Positions 41,627 through 51,154 of a stretch of 64,000 nt of DNA are shown piece by piece. This DNA comes from Thermoanaerobaculia bacterium (GTDB taxonomy: Bacteria > Acidobacteriota > Thermoanaerobaculia > Multivoradales > UBA5704). Position 1 is the stretch's first letter; each line of letters opens with the position of its first letter. The stretch lies in the NCBI GenBank assembly GCA_038248205.1, contig JBBRUC010000004.1:18-64017 (forward strand), given 5' to 3'. The translations under genes and the position numbers were made by a program. Under the pieces are notes generated by a model. It made no database searches. It had not been told where the DNA came from and worked only from the letters and a program-made list of their open reading frames with translations.

Positions 41627-44356
41627 TCAGAGCACTTTCACTTTGGGCAACTCGCCCGTGTTCGTCTCCCAGCTCTCCCACATCGGCAGCTCGCGAATGC
41701 GCGGCCCGCCCGCGGCGACGATCGCGTTGGCCAGTGCGGGGGCGACCGGGGGGACCGGGGGCTCGCCGACGCCCGTCGGCTGCGTTCGAGGATCGTCCGG
41801 CGGCAGCTTTTCGAGATCGTGCAGGATGATGTGGATGTTGATCTTCGGCGTCTGGTAGAGGCGCAGGACCGGGTAGTCGTCGAAGTTGTGCTGCTCGACC
41901 GCCCCATCCTTGACCGTGATCTCCCCGTGCAAGGCGAGGCTCAGGCCATAGACGATGCCCCCCTCCATCTGCGCGACGATCCGATCCGGGTTGACGGCGA
42001 CGCCGCAGTCGATCGCGGCGTGGACCTCGTGGATGGTCAGCTCGTTCATGTCGTTGACCGAGACGTCGATCACCATGGCGACGTAGCTCAAGAAGCTCCG
42101 GTGGGCGGCGATGCCCAGGCCGCGGCCGGTGTCCTTGTACCTCTTGACCTTCTCATCCCAGCCCGCCTCCTGCGCCGCCCTTTCCACCACGGCACGGAGC
42201 CGTCGGGTGTCGGGCGGGTAACTTGACATCACCTTGACCGGTTCTCCACGAGGCACCACGGGAAAACCGTTGTTGTCGAAGTGCTCGACGCCCTCGGCTT
42301 TGAGGTCGAGAACCTTTCCTTCGCCGATCAAATCGAGCAGATAGTCCTTGGAATCGCGTCCGGCGGCGATCGCCAATTCGTCCGCGAAGGAGCCGATGGC
42401 GAAGGCGTGGTAGATGTTGCTGACCGAGCGCATCCAGCCGCAACGGATGTGGGAATCGGCCGGGCAGTTCTCGAGGCGCAGGTGGGGCACGTCGAAAGGC
42501 ATGTCTTCGAGACCCTGCCCACGTTCGATGGCCGAGAGATAGGGGTACTCCCCGCCATTGTGAGTGAGGGCACGCGCTTGCGTGAAGAGCTCCCGGACGG
42601 CTTCGGGCAGACGGGGGTCCGGGGGCGGAAAAAGTGTCGCGAAGAACGAGGGAAAGGCGCTCCGCTGCAGCCAGGCTGTCGCATGCCCATCAAGGTCGAG
42701 AGCCGCCTTTAGATATTGCAGGCTGCACGCTTGGAAATAGCTGAACTGGATGTCGTCCTCGCGAGTCCACTGGACCCGGATCGGTACGCCGGGGAACTTC
42801 TTGGCGAGGAAGGCCGCTTCGATCGCGTAGTCGGGTTTCGACTTCCGCCCGAAGCCGCCACCGAGCAGCGTCACATGGACCTTGACCTTTTCTTCGATCT
42901 CCTTTTTGAGGTCTCTTCTAAACTTGAGCTCCGCGGCCTCATCCCAACCGAGCGCTCTTCGGAGCCCTTCTCTGAAGCTACGGTTGTCGACAAACTCGTA
43001 GGCCGGAAGATCGAAAACGTCGGGTTCTCCCCAAGCCAGCCATTCCAACGGATTGGGGTGCAGCATCGCCAGGCCTACGTACTGCTGCAAGATCTGGGGA
43101 CCCTGGGAGGGAGCCCAGATCTCCCAGCGCCCGCCTTTATAGAGAGCGATGGCCACGGGGGGTTCCATCGGCGCTTGCGCGAGGTGAGGAACGTAGTAGC
43201 TCGCCTCCACGACGCGGTTCGGCAACGCGAAGGCCGCGTCGACCTCGTCTTCGCTCCCCCGGTGTCGCACGGTCTTGCCCGGTTGGGAGGTCGCTTGTTC
43301 GAGCTTCTCGCGAAAGGTATTCGAGTCATAGGCGACGTTCGGTCCGAGGTCCCACTCGACCTTGAGCTTCCGGCGCCCTTGCAATGCTGCCCAGCTATTC
43401 TTCGCCACCACGGCGACCCCTGCATGCGGCAGAAATCCAGCGCCCACCCCTCCCGCCGGCACGGTCATCGGCAGGCGGACGAGGACAACGTCCACGACGC
43501 CAGGCACCTTGCGCGCCGCGGTGTCGTCGAAACTCTTCACCTCGCCGTTGGCCACTGGACAGCGCTCGATCATCGCGGTCAGCATGCCGGGTAGATCGAC
43601 GTCGGCGCCGTAGACCGCCTTGCCGCGGACCATGTCGGGGGCATCGACGAACGGCATCTTCTTGCCGATGAAGTTCCACTCCTTGGGCTGTTTGAGCGCG
43701 GCGAGGGATTCTTGGTAGGTCGGCAACGGCACCTTTTTGGCCAGGAGCAGCAAATCGACGAAGTCGAGGGTGCGACCGCTGACTTTGTTTCGCACCTTGT
43801 GCTCTTTCGTTTCGTAGTCGCCGACATCGCCGCCGAGCTTTTTCGCCGCGGCGCGGATCAGCACGAGGCGGATGCCGGCACCGAAGAGCCGCATAGGCAG
43901 GAAGTAGGCGGCCATGCTGCGGGAGCTGTCGGTGAACTGGGCGCCCTCCTCCGGAATCAGGAACGGCGGCGTCGCGTCGAGGGTCGTGACGGGGGTCGAA
44001 CCTGGGACCGCGAAAGGGTTCTGTACCGCGAACTTGGAGGCGTCGGCGTCGGCCTGCTCGACCCGGACTCGACTCCAATCGGCCCCCAGCTCGTCGGCCA
44101 GCACGGCCGCCAGGCTCGAACGGATGCCCTGGCCCATCTCCGAGCGGTGGGACACGATGACGACCGTTCCGTCGAGCTGAATCGAGACGAAATTGTTGAG
44201 GGGGAATCGGTGACGGTAGACCTTGCCGACCGTCTTGGCGACCGCCAGAAAGAGCGACCCCGCCGAAGAGACGTTGGCACCGAACACCAAAGCTCCGGCG
44301 CCGACACCGGTGTAACGGAGGAAATCCCGGCGGCTGACACGGACGATGCCGCTCAT
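41627..44356 (-). CDS. molybdopterin-dependent hydroxylase large subunit (IorB/aldehyde oxidoreductase-like), Tat-exported
   Basis: Twin-arginine signal [19 protein letters not shown]. Reads GGGFGRK, and the size and layout fit the xanthine dehydrogenase/aldehyde oxidase Moco-binding family. ATGA overlap with the 2Fe-2S subunit gene. Confidence 0.9.
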   Translation of the reverse strand: MSGIVRVSRRDFLRYTGVGAGALVFGANVSSAGSLFLAVAKTVGKVYRHRFPLNNFVSIQLDGTVVIVSHRSEMGQGIRSSLAAVLADELGADWSRVRVEQADADASKFAVQNPFAVPGSTPVTTLDATPPFLIPEEGAQFTDSSRSMAAYFLPMRLFGAGIRLVLIRAAAKKLGGDVGDYETKEHKVRNKVSGRTLDFVDLLLLAKKVPLPTYQESLAALKQPKEWNFIGKKMPFVDAPDMVRGKAVYGADVDLPGMLTAMIERCPVANGEVKSFDDTAARKVPGVVDVVLVRLPMTVPAGGVGAGFLPHAGVAVVAKNSWAALQGRRKLKVEWDLGPNVAYDSNTFREKLEQATSQPGKTVRHRGSEDEVDAAFALPNRVVEASYYVPHLAQAPMEPPVAIALYKGGRWEIWAPSQGPQILQQYVGLAMLHPNPLEWLAWGEPDVFDLPAYEFVDNRSFREGLRRALGWDEAAELKFRRDLKKEIEEKVKVHVTLLGGGFGRKSKPDYAIEAAFLAKKFPGVPIRVQWTREDDIQFSYFQACSLQYLKAALDLDGHATAWLQRSAFPSFFATLFPPPDPRLPEAVRELFTQARALTHNGGEYPYLSAIERGQGLEDMPFDVPHLRLENCPADSHIRCGWMRSVSNIYHAFAIGSFADELAIAAGRDSKDYLLDLIGEGKVLDLKAEGVEHFDNNGFPVVPRGEPVKVMSSYPPDTRRLRAVVERAAQEAGWDEKVKRYKDTGRGLGIAAHRSFLSYVAMVIDVSVNDMNELTIHEVHAAIDCGVAVNPDRIVAQMEGGIVYGLSLALHGEITVKDGAVEQHNFDDYPVLRLYQTPKINIHIILHDLEKLPPDDPRTQPTGVGEPPVPPVAPALANAIVAAGGPRIRELPMWESWETNTGELPKVKVL

Positions 44357-44829
44357 GACGCACCCTCCTCGGCGAGTTCTTGAATCGCTTTCCGGATCCG
44401 AGGATAGGTGCCGCAGCGACAGATGTTGCCGCTCATCGCGTTGTCGATGTCGTCGTCAGTGACTTTGGTGTTCGCTTTCTTGTGCTCGGCCAGGAGCGCC
44501 GCGGCGGACATGATTTGCCCCGGCTGGCAATAACCGCACTGCGGTACGCCGAGTTCCACCCACGCCTTCTGGCACGGGTGGCTGCCGTCGAGTGACAGGC
44601 CCTCGATCGTGGTGATCTTGGAGAGGCAGGCCACTCCTACGTCGACGGCGCAGGAGCGCACGGCCCGGCCGTCGAGATGGACGGTGCAGGCGCCGCATTG
44701 CGCGATGCCGCAACCGAATTTGGTGCCCTTGAGCCCCAGGACGTCGCGCAGAGCCCATAGCAAGGGCATGTCGCCGTCCACGTCGACGGAGTACCGCTTG
44801 CCATTGACGTGGAGCTGAATGATGGACAT
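44353..44829 (-). CDS. (2Fe-2S)-binding small subunit of the molybdo-hydroxylase
   Basis: [12 protein letters not shown] and CQPGQIMS...[11 protein letters not shown] are the two [2Fe-2S] cluster motifs of the IorA/CoxS type. Confidence 0.9.
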   Translation of the reverse strand: MSIIQLHVNGKRYSVDVDGDMPLLWALRDVLGLKGTKFGCGIAQCGACTVHLDGRAVRSCAVDVGVACLSKITTIEGLSLDGSHPCQKAWVELGVPQCGYCQPGQIMSAAALLAEHKKANTKVTDDDIDNAMSGNICRCGTYPRIRKAIQELAEEGAS

Positions 44830-44864
44830 CGAGAACCTCCTTCTCTGATCGCTTCGAGGCTAGA

Positions 44865-46520
44865 TCACAATTTGCGTCGAATCTCCAGCCGCGCTCCGTA
44901 GACGTTTTTCTGCCCTTCCCGCCAGCCATGCATGGCATCGAGGCGCAGGATCCAGGCGTTGTTGAGCGGACGTTGATAGCGGGCTCCAAAGGCGTACTGG
45001 GTCCCCAACGGGTTGTCGCTCATCCGTTCGACCACCGACCCTTCGAAGACGATCTGGCGGTGGAGGTCGAACAGATACTCCACGCCGAAAGCCCCGCCGT
45101 AGGAGTCCTTCGCGCTAGCGTCGAGCGTCGGGTAACCGGTCAGGCCGTCGGACTCGAAGTTGATGCCGGTGTTTTTGAGTACGCCGCCGGAATCGGCTGC
45201 CCGCGCGAGCGGCTGCGGCGAATCAAAGCCGGCGAAGAAGTTGAAGTAGGGAACGAGATTGACCGCACCCGGAACGCCATTCAACGACCGCCGCGGGATC
45301 AGCGAATTTTCGACCAGAACCAGCACCCCGTCGGCCGTCTTGGTCGTTGCGTCCTGGCCGAAGTTACCGATCAGCCGGACGCTGTTGTTGATCCGTCCGC
45401 GGTACCGCTTGGTAAACGCGGCGGAGACGTTGTGGTAGCTGAATTCCTTGTCGTCAGCGTCGACGTAGCCGTAGCCGAGCTCGAAATATCCTCTCCGGAC
45501 GTCGGCGAATCCCGCGAGGCCGAACACTTTGGCGTGGTCGTTGCTACCGGGAACGGCGGCGGTCGTCACCTGGTTGAAACCGGCGAACAAGGTGAGGTCG
45601 AAGTTGCTGATATCGAGCGACGGGCTGTTCTTCGCCGTGATGCTCAGGGCCGCGCCGTCGAAGGCGTCATCGAGCCAGATGCCGTTCTGGGTGAACAGTG
45701 GAACCCGACCGAAGGCGATCGGCAGATCGATCTTGTTGGTCTTGCCGGTCCAACCTTGCAGCATGGCGCCGAGGTCGCCTTCAAAGTAGAGGGTGTCGAG
45801 ATTGAAGTCGAGTTGCTCGACGGACTCGTTGTCCTTCGCCCCTCCGCGGAACTGGTAGCGGGTAAACGAGCCGTTTTTATCGAGCGGGCGCGCGAAGGCG
45901 TGAATCCGCTCGGTGGCGGTGAGGGCGAAGTCCATGTCGAGGTTGAGACGGCTGGCGACCACCGATTGGTCGGTCTTGCCGTTTGCGCCAGGCTTGCCGT
46001 TGTCGTACGCGGCGGCGGCGACCCGCAGGTCGCCATACGCCATCAAGTGGGCGTTGATCGGGTTTTTCGCCCCGAACCAGATGGGGCGGGGCTCGTAGGC
46101 TCCCCGGTCGTAGAGGCGACGTCCCAACTCGACGGGCGGATTGGCCGTGGGGTTCATGTGCTTCTTGTCGTAAATGTCCAGCTGGGCCTGGGCGTCGTAG
46201 GGTCCCTCGTAGAGGGCGTCGGGAATGAACCAGCCCCCGGCCGGCACGTCGAGATCGTTGAGAGGACCGAGGATTTTGGCCTCTGGAGACATCTCGTGGT
46301 CCCCTCTCCTATCGACGCCGGGTTGGGGGGCGCCGGCCGGAGAATCGCCCGCGGTGTCGGCTTGGGGGGCGTCGGATTGAAGTGCATCGGCCGAAGGGGC
46401 CGGAGCGGCGTCTTCGGCGAAGGCTCGCGGGACGCCGAGGACGAGCAGGAGCAGTCCGACGATAAATCCGGAGAGAAGTCTGGTGAGGAGGGAGTTGGCA
46501 GTCCACGCTTTTCCGTTCAT
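44865..46520 (-). CDS. putative outer-membrane beta-barrel (porin-like) protein
   Basis: Signal/anchor LLSGFIVGLLLLVLGVPRAFA, a low-complexity linker, then a long alternating strand-like sequence (e.g. YAFGARYQRPLNNAWILRLDAMHGW). No family recognised. Confidence 0.6.
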   Translation of the reverse strand: MNGKAWTANSLLTRLLSGFIVGLLLLVLGVPRAFAEDAAPAPSADALQSDAPQADTAGDSPAGAPQPGVDRRGDHEMSPEAKILGPLNDLDVPAGGWFIPDALYEGPYDAQAQLDIYDKKHMNPTANPPVELGRRLYDRGAYEPRPIWFGAKNPINAHLMAYGDLRVAAAAYDNGKPGANGKTDQSVVASRLNLDMDFALTATERIHAFARPLDKNGSFTRYQFRGGAKDNESVEQLDFNLDTLYFEGDLGAMLQGWTGKTNKIDLPIAFGRVPLFTQNGIWLDDAFDGAALSITAKNSPSLDISNFDLTLFAGFNQVTTAAVPGSNDHAKVFGLAGFADVRRGYFELGYGYVDADDKEFSYHNVSAAFTKRYRGRINNSVRLIGNFGQDATTKTADGVLVLVENSLIPRRSLNGVPGAVNLVPYFNFFAGFDSPQPLARAADSGGVLKNTGINFESDGLTGYPTLDASAKDSYGGAFGVEYLFDLHRQIVFEGSVVERMSDNPLGTQYAFGARYQRPLNNAWILRLDAMHGWREGQKNVYGARLEIRRKL

Positions 46521-46532
46521 GTTCGCCCTCTC

Positions 46533-48284
46533 TCAGCGGACCACGAATTCGACGGCGTAGGCATGTGTGTCGGTGACCCATTCGTTCTCGGCCCGCTTCA
46601 TGTCCCTCGTGGCGTCGACGAACGCCATGAAGTACATGGGCTCGGTTCGGCCCCGCAGGCGCACGGCAAGACGATAGGTGCCGACTTTCGCTAACAGCCT
46701 TCCCGGAACTGTGTATTTGGCGACCCGGGTGGCGAGAGGCGGGATGCTGCGCTTTTCCATCCGCGCGAACGGGGGATGATTGAGTATCGAGGTCGGCGCG
46801 CCCCCGGGCCGGATGAACGGCAGCTGGTCGAAGTCCAGGTTGATCGGCAGATACATCTCCCGATCGGTCCCCTTGAGGTTGGTGGTGATGAACTTGGCCT
46901 GCATGCTGAAGAGCTGGTGGTCGAGGGCGATCTTGCCCGCCTGGACGTCCGCGGACTGGAAATCGGCGACGTCGCCGTTGCTGTCGACGTAACCCGCTCC
47001 CCAGACCCTACTCCCGTCGGGATCGATCAGCGAGACGTCGAGCCACAATTCGGGTTGCGCCCCGAGAGAGCCGGAGGGGAGGTTGTGCCCCCGGTTGAGA
47101 TTGGTCAGCTTGTACCGGAACGAGAAGGGCTTGCCGGCTTGGGGACTGCCGTCGAAGAACGGGCCATCGAGGCGGGAGCCGTTCTCCAGGAGCTTGATGC
47201 GCATCTGCTTTCGCTCTTCCCACCGGTCGAAATTGGCCTCCACCGTCTGCCAGGCCGCCTTGCGGTCGTCGAGCTTCCGCCACTCCGGCGGGAAGGTGTA
47301 GGAACGGGGCGCTGCGGCGACCTTGGCCTCGAATTCGTCGCTCCCCCACTTGTCCCGGTAGTCGAATGTCAGCCACTGCTCGGGGGTGTAATCGGACTCC
47401 ACCGGACTGAAAGGGAAGAGGCCGGGATGGCTGATCGGGTAGCCCGGGCCGACGAAAGTGTGATCGGTGAGATCTCGGTTCTCGTTGACGAACCGGCCGT
47501 TGACGATCGCGGCCCAGCCCTTGTCGTAACCGACGGGCAGCCCCGGATTTTTGCTCATGTGGCACTGCTGGCAGGTGATGCCGTCCTTGGCGGCGGGAGA
47601 GGCCCGGTACTCTTCCCAGACGGTTTCGAGCTTGATGCCGGGATGGACTTGCACCTGGTGACAGGTGGCACAGAACTCCGACTTCACGATCAGGTCGGAT
47701 TGGATGGCCTGTTGGTGAATCTTGAGCCAGCCGGGCTTGTCGGTTTCGACGGGATTCACCTGGATCTGGAACTCCCGCGTATTTTCGATCGCCCGCAGGA
47801 CGCCGCGGCTGTCGAACGGGCCGAACACGGGCTCGTTGATGTTGCCCGGCGTGATCCGCCGCGCGGCGTTGGTCTTGCCGTACGCCTCGCCGACCCGGTG
47901 GCAGGTGACGCAGGTGATGCCTTCGCGCGCCGCGCTGCTGCGGTTCCACCAGGCGATGTCGCGCCGCTCGGCCAGGGCCGTGCCGACGCTCGCGTGGCAG
48001 CGGACGCAGAACGAGTTGATGGTGCCTTGCGCCAGATCGTTGATTTTCTGCTCGAACTTATTGAACATCGGCGATAAGTTCGCGTAGGCGTGGGACGAGT
48101 TGCTCCACTGCTTGAACTGGTTGGGGTGACACTCGCCGCAGACCCGGGCGGACGGATATTGCTCATCGGCCACTGCCTTGGCGTGGGGATTGTCCTCGGG
48201 TAGGGGGTTGGGGAGCACCTGCCCTTTCGCAGCCCCCAGTCCCGCCAACAGGAGGATACTGAATGCTAAGCCGGCTTTGTGCAT
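46533..48284 (-). CDS. pentahaem c-type cytochrome
   Basis: Five CXXCH motifs: CGECH, CVRCH, CVTCH, CATCH, CQQCH. Signal peptide MHKAGLAFSILLLAGLGAAKG from ATG 48284. Confidence 0.85.
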   Translation of the reverse strand: MHKAGLAFSILLLAGLGAAKGQVLPNPLPEDNPHAKAVADEQYPSARVCGECHPNQFKQWSNSSHAYANLSPMFNKFEQKINDLAQGTINSFCVRCHASVGTALAERRDIAWWNRSSAAREGITCVTCHRVGEAYGKTNAARRITPGNINEPVFGPFDSRGVLRAIENTREFQIQVNPVETDKPGWLKIHQQAIQSDLIVKSEFCATCHQVQVHPGIKLETVWEEYRASPAAKDGITCQQCHMSKNPGLPVGYDKGWAAIVNGRFVNENRDLTDHTFVGPGYPISHPGLFPFSPVESDYTPEQWLTFDYRDKWGSDEFEAKVAAAPRSYTFPPEWRKLDDRKAAWQTVEANFDRWEERKQMRIKLLENGSRLDGPFFDGSPQAGKPFSFRYKLTNLNRGHNLPSGSLGAQPELWLDVSLIDPDGSRVWGAGYVDSNGDVADFQSADVQAGKIALDHQLFSMQAKFITTNLKGTDREMYLPINLDFDQLPFIRPGGAPTSILNHPPFARMEKRSIPPLATRVAKYTVPGRLLAKVGTYRLAVRLRGRTEPMYFMAFVDATRDMKRAENEWVTDTHAYAVEFVVR

Positions 48285-48507
48285 TGGCCAATTCTCCTCG
48301 CTCCAGGTGGCGGATCGAACCAAGTCATATTCTCTTGACAGGTCAGGGCGCTTCATCGCGCCATAGCGCTGAGACTAATTAGGGCTTATTAGTGAGTGTA
48401 CCATAGTATGGCGCAGGGCGCCGCGTGAAATTTCGGCAATCTCCGGCCTTCCGGTCCATGAGACCGGGTGAGATTTTCGTTTCCGGTCGCGGACCAAGGG
48501 GGCCGGC

Positions 48508-49500
48508 ATGAACCATTGGCAGGAAACCGGTGAGATCGTCGCTCGGATCTCCGAGCTTCAGGTGATCGGGAAGAGGGCCGCGATCGCCACGGTGGTCCAC
48601 ATCTCCGGCTCCGCCTACCGGCGGCCCGGGGCCAAGCTCCTGATCGAAGAATCGGGTGGCACTTTGGGCAGCGTGAGCGGCGGCTGCCTGGAGGCCGACG
48701 TGCGTGAGGTCGCCCGGGAGGTGCTCGCGACCGACATTCCGAGCCTCCGCCACTATCGCACCGGCAGCGACGAGGACATCGTCTGGGGTTTGGGCCTCGG
48801 CTGCAACGGACGGGTCGACGTGTTCATCCAGCCGGCTACCGAGGGCGCTTTCGCCGCGGCGGTCGGGGAACTGCGCGAGCGCCTGGCCGGCGAAACGCCG
48901 TTCGCGATCGTCACCGCCGTGAGCGGCGCCGACGCAGGGGCCGTCTACGTGACGGATGCCGGCCGAGTCGCAACCGCCGAAGGGCAGTTCGTCGAGGAGC
49001 TGCCGGCCCCGCCGTTCCTGCTCGTCTGCGGTGCCGGCGACGACGCAAGGCCACTCGTCTCGTACGCCTCGGAGGTCGGCTTTCGCGTGGCGGTCGTCGA
49101 TCATCGCCCGGCGCTGCTCGAACCGGCCTGGTTTACTCGCGCCGCTCGCTTGCTCCACGGTCGGCCCGGGGAGGTGAAGATCGACCTGCCCGCGGGCGCG
49201 TTCGCCGTGGTCAAGACCCACTCGCTGGCGCACGACCGGGAGTGGGCGCGCCACCTGCTGGCGGCCGGGCTTCCGTATGTCGGTCTGCTTGGACCGAGGT
49301 GGCGGACCGCAGCGATCCTGGCCGAGATCGGTGCCGGGCCAGCGGACGCCGCGCGGGTCTTCGGTCCGGTTGGGCTCGATCTCGGGGCCGACGGCCCGTG
49401 CCAGGTCGCCCTGTCGATCGTCGCCGAGTTGCTCTCCCAGGTCGCCGGCCGCGAGCCGCGTCCTTTGCGAACCCTTGAGGAGCCGATCCATGCCCTCTGA
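48508..49500 (+). CDS. xdhC: XdhC/CoxI family molybdo-enzyme maturation factor
   Basis: VVHISGSAYRRPGAKLLI...GSVSGGCLE is the XdhC_CoxI N-domain, followed by a Rossmann-like C-domain (LVCGAGDDARPL). Confidence 0.85.
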   Translation: MNHWQETGEIVARISELQVIGKRAAIATVVHISGSAYRRPGAKLLIEESGGTLGSVSGGCLEADVREVAREVLATDIPSLRHYRTGSDEDIVWGLGLGCNGRVDVFIQPATEGAFAAAVGELRERLAGETPFAIVTAVSGADAGAVYVTDAGRVATAEGQFVEELPAPPFLLVCGAGDDARPLVSYASEVGFRVAVVDHRPALLEPAWFTRAARLLHGRPGEVKIDLPAGAFAVVKTHSLAHDREWARHLLAAGLPYVGLLGPRWRTAAILAEIGAGPADAARVFGPVGLDLGADGPCQVALSIVAELLSQVAGREPRPLRTLEEPIHAL

Positions 49501-50107
49501 ACGAATCCGCCCGGTCTCCGGCATCCTGCTCGCCGCTGGCACCTCGAGCCGGATGGGATGTAACAAGCTGCTACTCCAAATCGCGGGCGAGAGCCTGCTC
49601 CACCGCTCGGCCCGCCGGGCGCTCGAAGCAGGGGTGGCTCCGCTCGTGGTCGTGCTCGGCTACGAGGCGGAACGGGCTGCCGCCGAACTCGCCGGGCTCG
49701 GCTGCCGGACCGTGATCAACCCGGACTACGAGAATGGGATCACCTCGTCCCTCCACGCCGGGATCACGGCGCTCCCGGGCGAGACTGGCGCGGTGGTGGT
49801 GATGCTCGCCGACATGCCGCATGTTGGACCCGAGATGATCGCCGCCTTGATCTCCCGGTATCGAAACGATCGGGTGTCGCTGGTGATCTCGGACTACGAG
49901 GGGGTCGACGCCCCGCCCATGCTGTACGACCGCTCCCTCTTTTCCGAACTCTTGACGATGACCGGAGGCGGCTGCGGCCGGCAGGTGGTCAAGCGGCATC
50001 GGGGCGACGCGGTATCGCTCGCCTGGCCGATTGCCGCTCTAGCCGACCTGGACGTTCCAGAAGACTACGAACGGTTCTCGACCGAAAGCGCGCAGATCCC
50101 GCCGTAG
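49490..50107 (+). CDS. mocA: molybdenum cofactor cytidylyltransferase-like nucleotidyltransferase (MocA-like)
   Basis: Starts at ATG 49490 within the track ORF. ILLAAGTSSRMGCNKLL...VVVLG...NPDYENGITSSL...VVMLADMP is the MobA/MocA pattern. It overlaps the end of xdhC. Confidence 0.8.
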   Translation: MPSERIRPVSGILLAAGTSSRMGCNKLLLQIAGESLLHRSARRALEAGVAPLVVVLGYEAERAAAELAGLGCRTVINPDYENGITSSLHAGITALPGETGAVVVMLADMPHVGPEMIAALISRYRNDRVSLVISDYEGVDAPPMLYDRSLFSELLTMTGGGCGRQVVKRHRGDAVSLAWPIAALADLDVPEDYERFSTESAQIPP

Positions 50108-51025
50108 CTACCAGCTCCCGGAGGCCAGCCGCCAGCGCCCGATCCGCTCCTTCATCCGCGTGAAGCCCAGCCGATCGAACAGGGGATCGACGAGAGCGGG
50201 ATCGGCGCCGCGGAATTCGAGATCGCGTCCGAAGTCGAACGGCTCTTCGATCGGCGCCTCGGTCGAGACGGTTGCCAGGCGTTTTGACAGGAACGCGAGA
50301 TCCCGGCCGGCTTCGAGCTTGGCCGCGAGGGTGCGGGCGCCGCGCAGGTCGGTGCGCAGGGTGAGTTCGTCGAGCTTGGCGTAAAGGCCCTCGACGTTCG
50401 GGTAGCGAAGGAGCAACTCGGCGGCGCCTTTTTTACCGATGCCGGGTACCCCGGGGATGTTATCGACCGTATCGCCCGCGAGCGCCAGGAGGTCGGCGAT
50501 TTGGCACGGGTTCACGCCGAACTTGGCGAGCACCTCGGCCGGGCCGAAGCGCTCCCCTTTGCCGAAGTCGTACCACGAGACGCCGGGACCCACCAGTTGG
50601 GCGAGATCCTTGTCCGAGGTGACGACCACCGCCGGAAGATCCACTCTTGCTTTCGGTTCGTGCCGGAACAGCAGCGTTGCGATCAGGTCGTCGGCCTCGT
50701 AGCGGTGGTCGGAGAAGGTGGCGCCGCCGAGCGCCCGGGCGGCCTCCTCGCAGGCGGCCAGTTGCGCTTCAAGCTCCGGTGGCGGCAACGGCCGCTGCGC
50801 CTTGTACGGCGGATAGAACTCGTTGCGAAAGCTGGTCGACAGGCTGCGGTCGAAGCAGACCGCGAGGTGGCTCGGGTTCTCCTCGGCGATCAGCTTGAGC
50901 AGGAAGGAGACGAAGCCGTGCACCGCCTGCACGGGTTGCCCCTCGGGGTCGCGGATCGAGTCGGGCAGCGAAAAATAGGCCCGGAAGATGTAGGGCGAGG
51001 CGTCGATCAGGTAGGCGGCGGGCAT
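50108..51025 (-). CDS. stand-alone 5'-3' exonuclease (Pol I N-terminal/FEN-like)
   Basis: YLIDASPYIFRAYF..., ...YEADDLIATL..., VVTSDKDLAQLV, GVPGIGKKGAAELL (H3TH). Starts at ATG 51025. Confidence 0.85.
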   Translation of the reverse strand: MPAAYLIDASPYIFRAYFSLPDSIRDPEGQPVQAVHGFVSFLLKLIAEENPSHLAVCFDRSLSTSFRNEFYPPYKAQRPLPPPELEAQLAACEEAARALGGATFSDHRYEADDLIATLLFRHEPKARVDLPAVVVTSDKDLAQLVGPGVSWYDFGKGERFGPAEVLAKFGVNPCQIADLLALAGDTVDNIPGVPGIGKKGAAELLLRYPNVEGLYAKLDELTLRTDLRGARTLAAKLEAGRDLAFLSKRLATVSTEAPIEEPFDFGRDLEFRGADPALVDPLFDRLGFTRMKERIGRWRLASGSW

Positions 51026-51154
51026 AGGTGGTCTCGTTGAAGCGGGCAAGTTTAAACGCATTCCTCCGATCGAGGGTCCGTGGTGTCAGAATCTGGACAC
51101 CAAGATCGAAAACCAAGGCCTGAGGAAGCCCGGCAGGAGAGCAGCGTTTCCAAA

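Noticed and set aside
44928-48077. Plus-strand ORFs 44928-46694 (588 aa) and 46776-48077 (433 aa).
   Set aside because: They are antisense to the barrel and pentahaem cytochrome genes. They have no motifs and a Val/Gly/Arg/Glu-rich shadow composition, whereas the minus-strand frames carry signal peptides and five CXXCH motifs.
48285-48507. Possible Moco riboswitch or regulatory RNA in the AT-rich divergent gap between the cytochrome operon and xdhC.
   Set aside because: I could not recognise the conserved Moco-motif core by eye. The gap looks like ordinary divergent promoters. A covariance-model search would be needed to decide.
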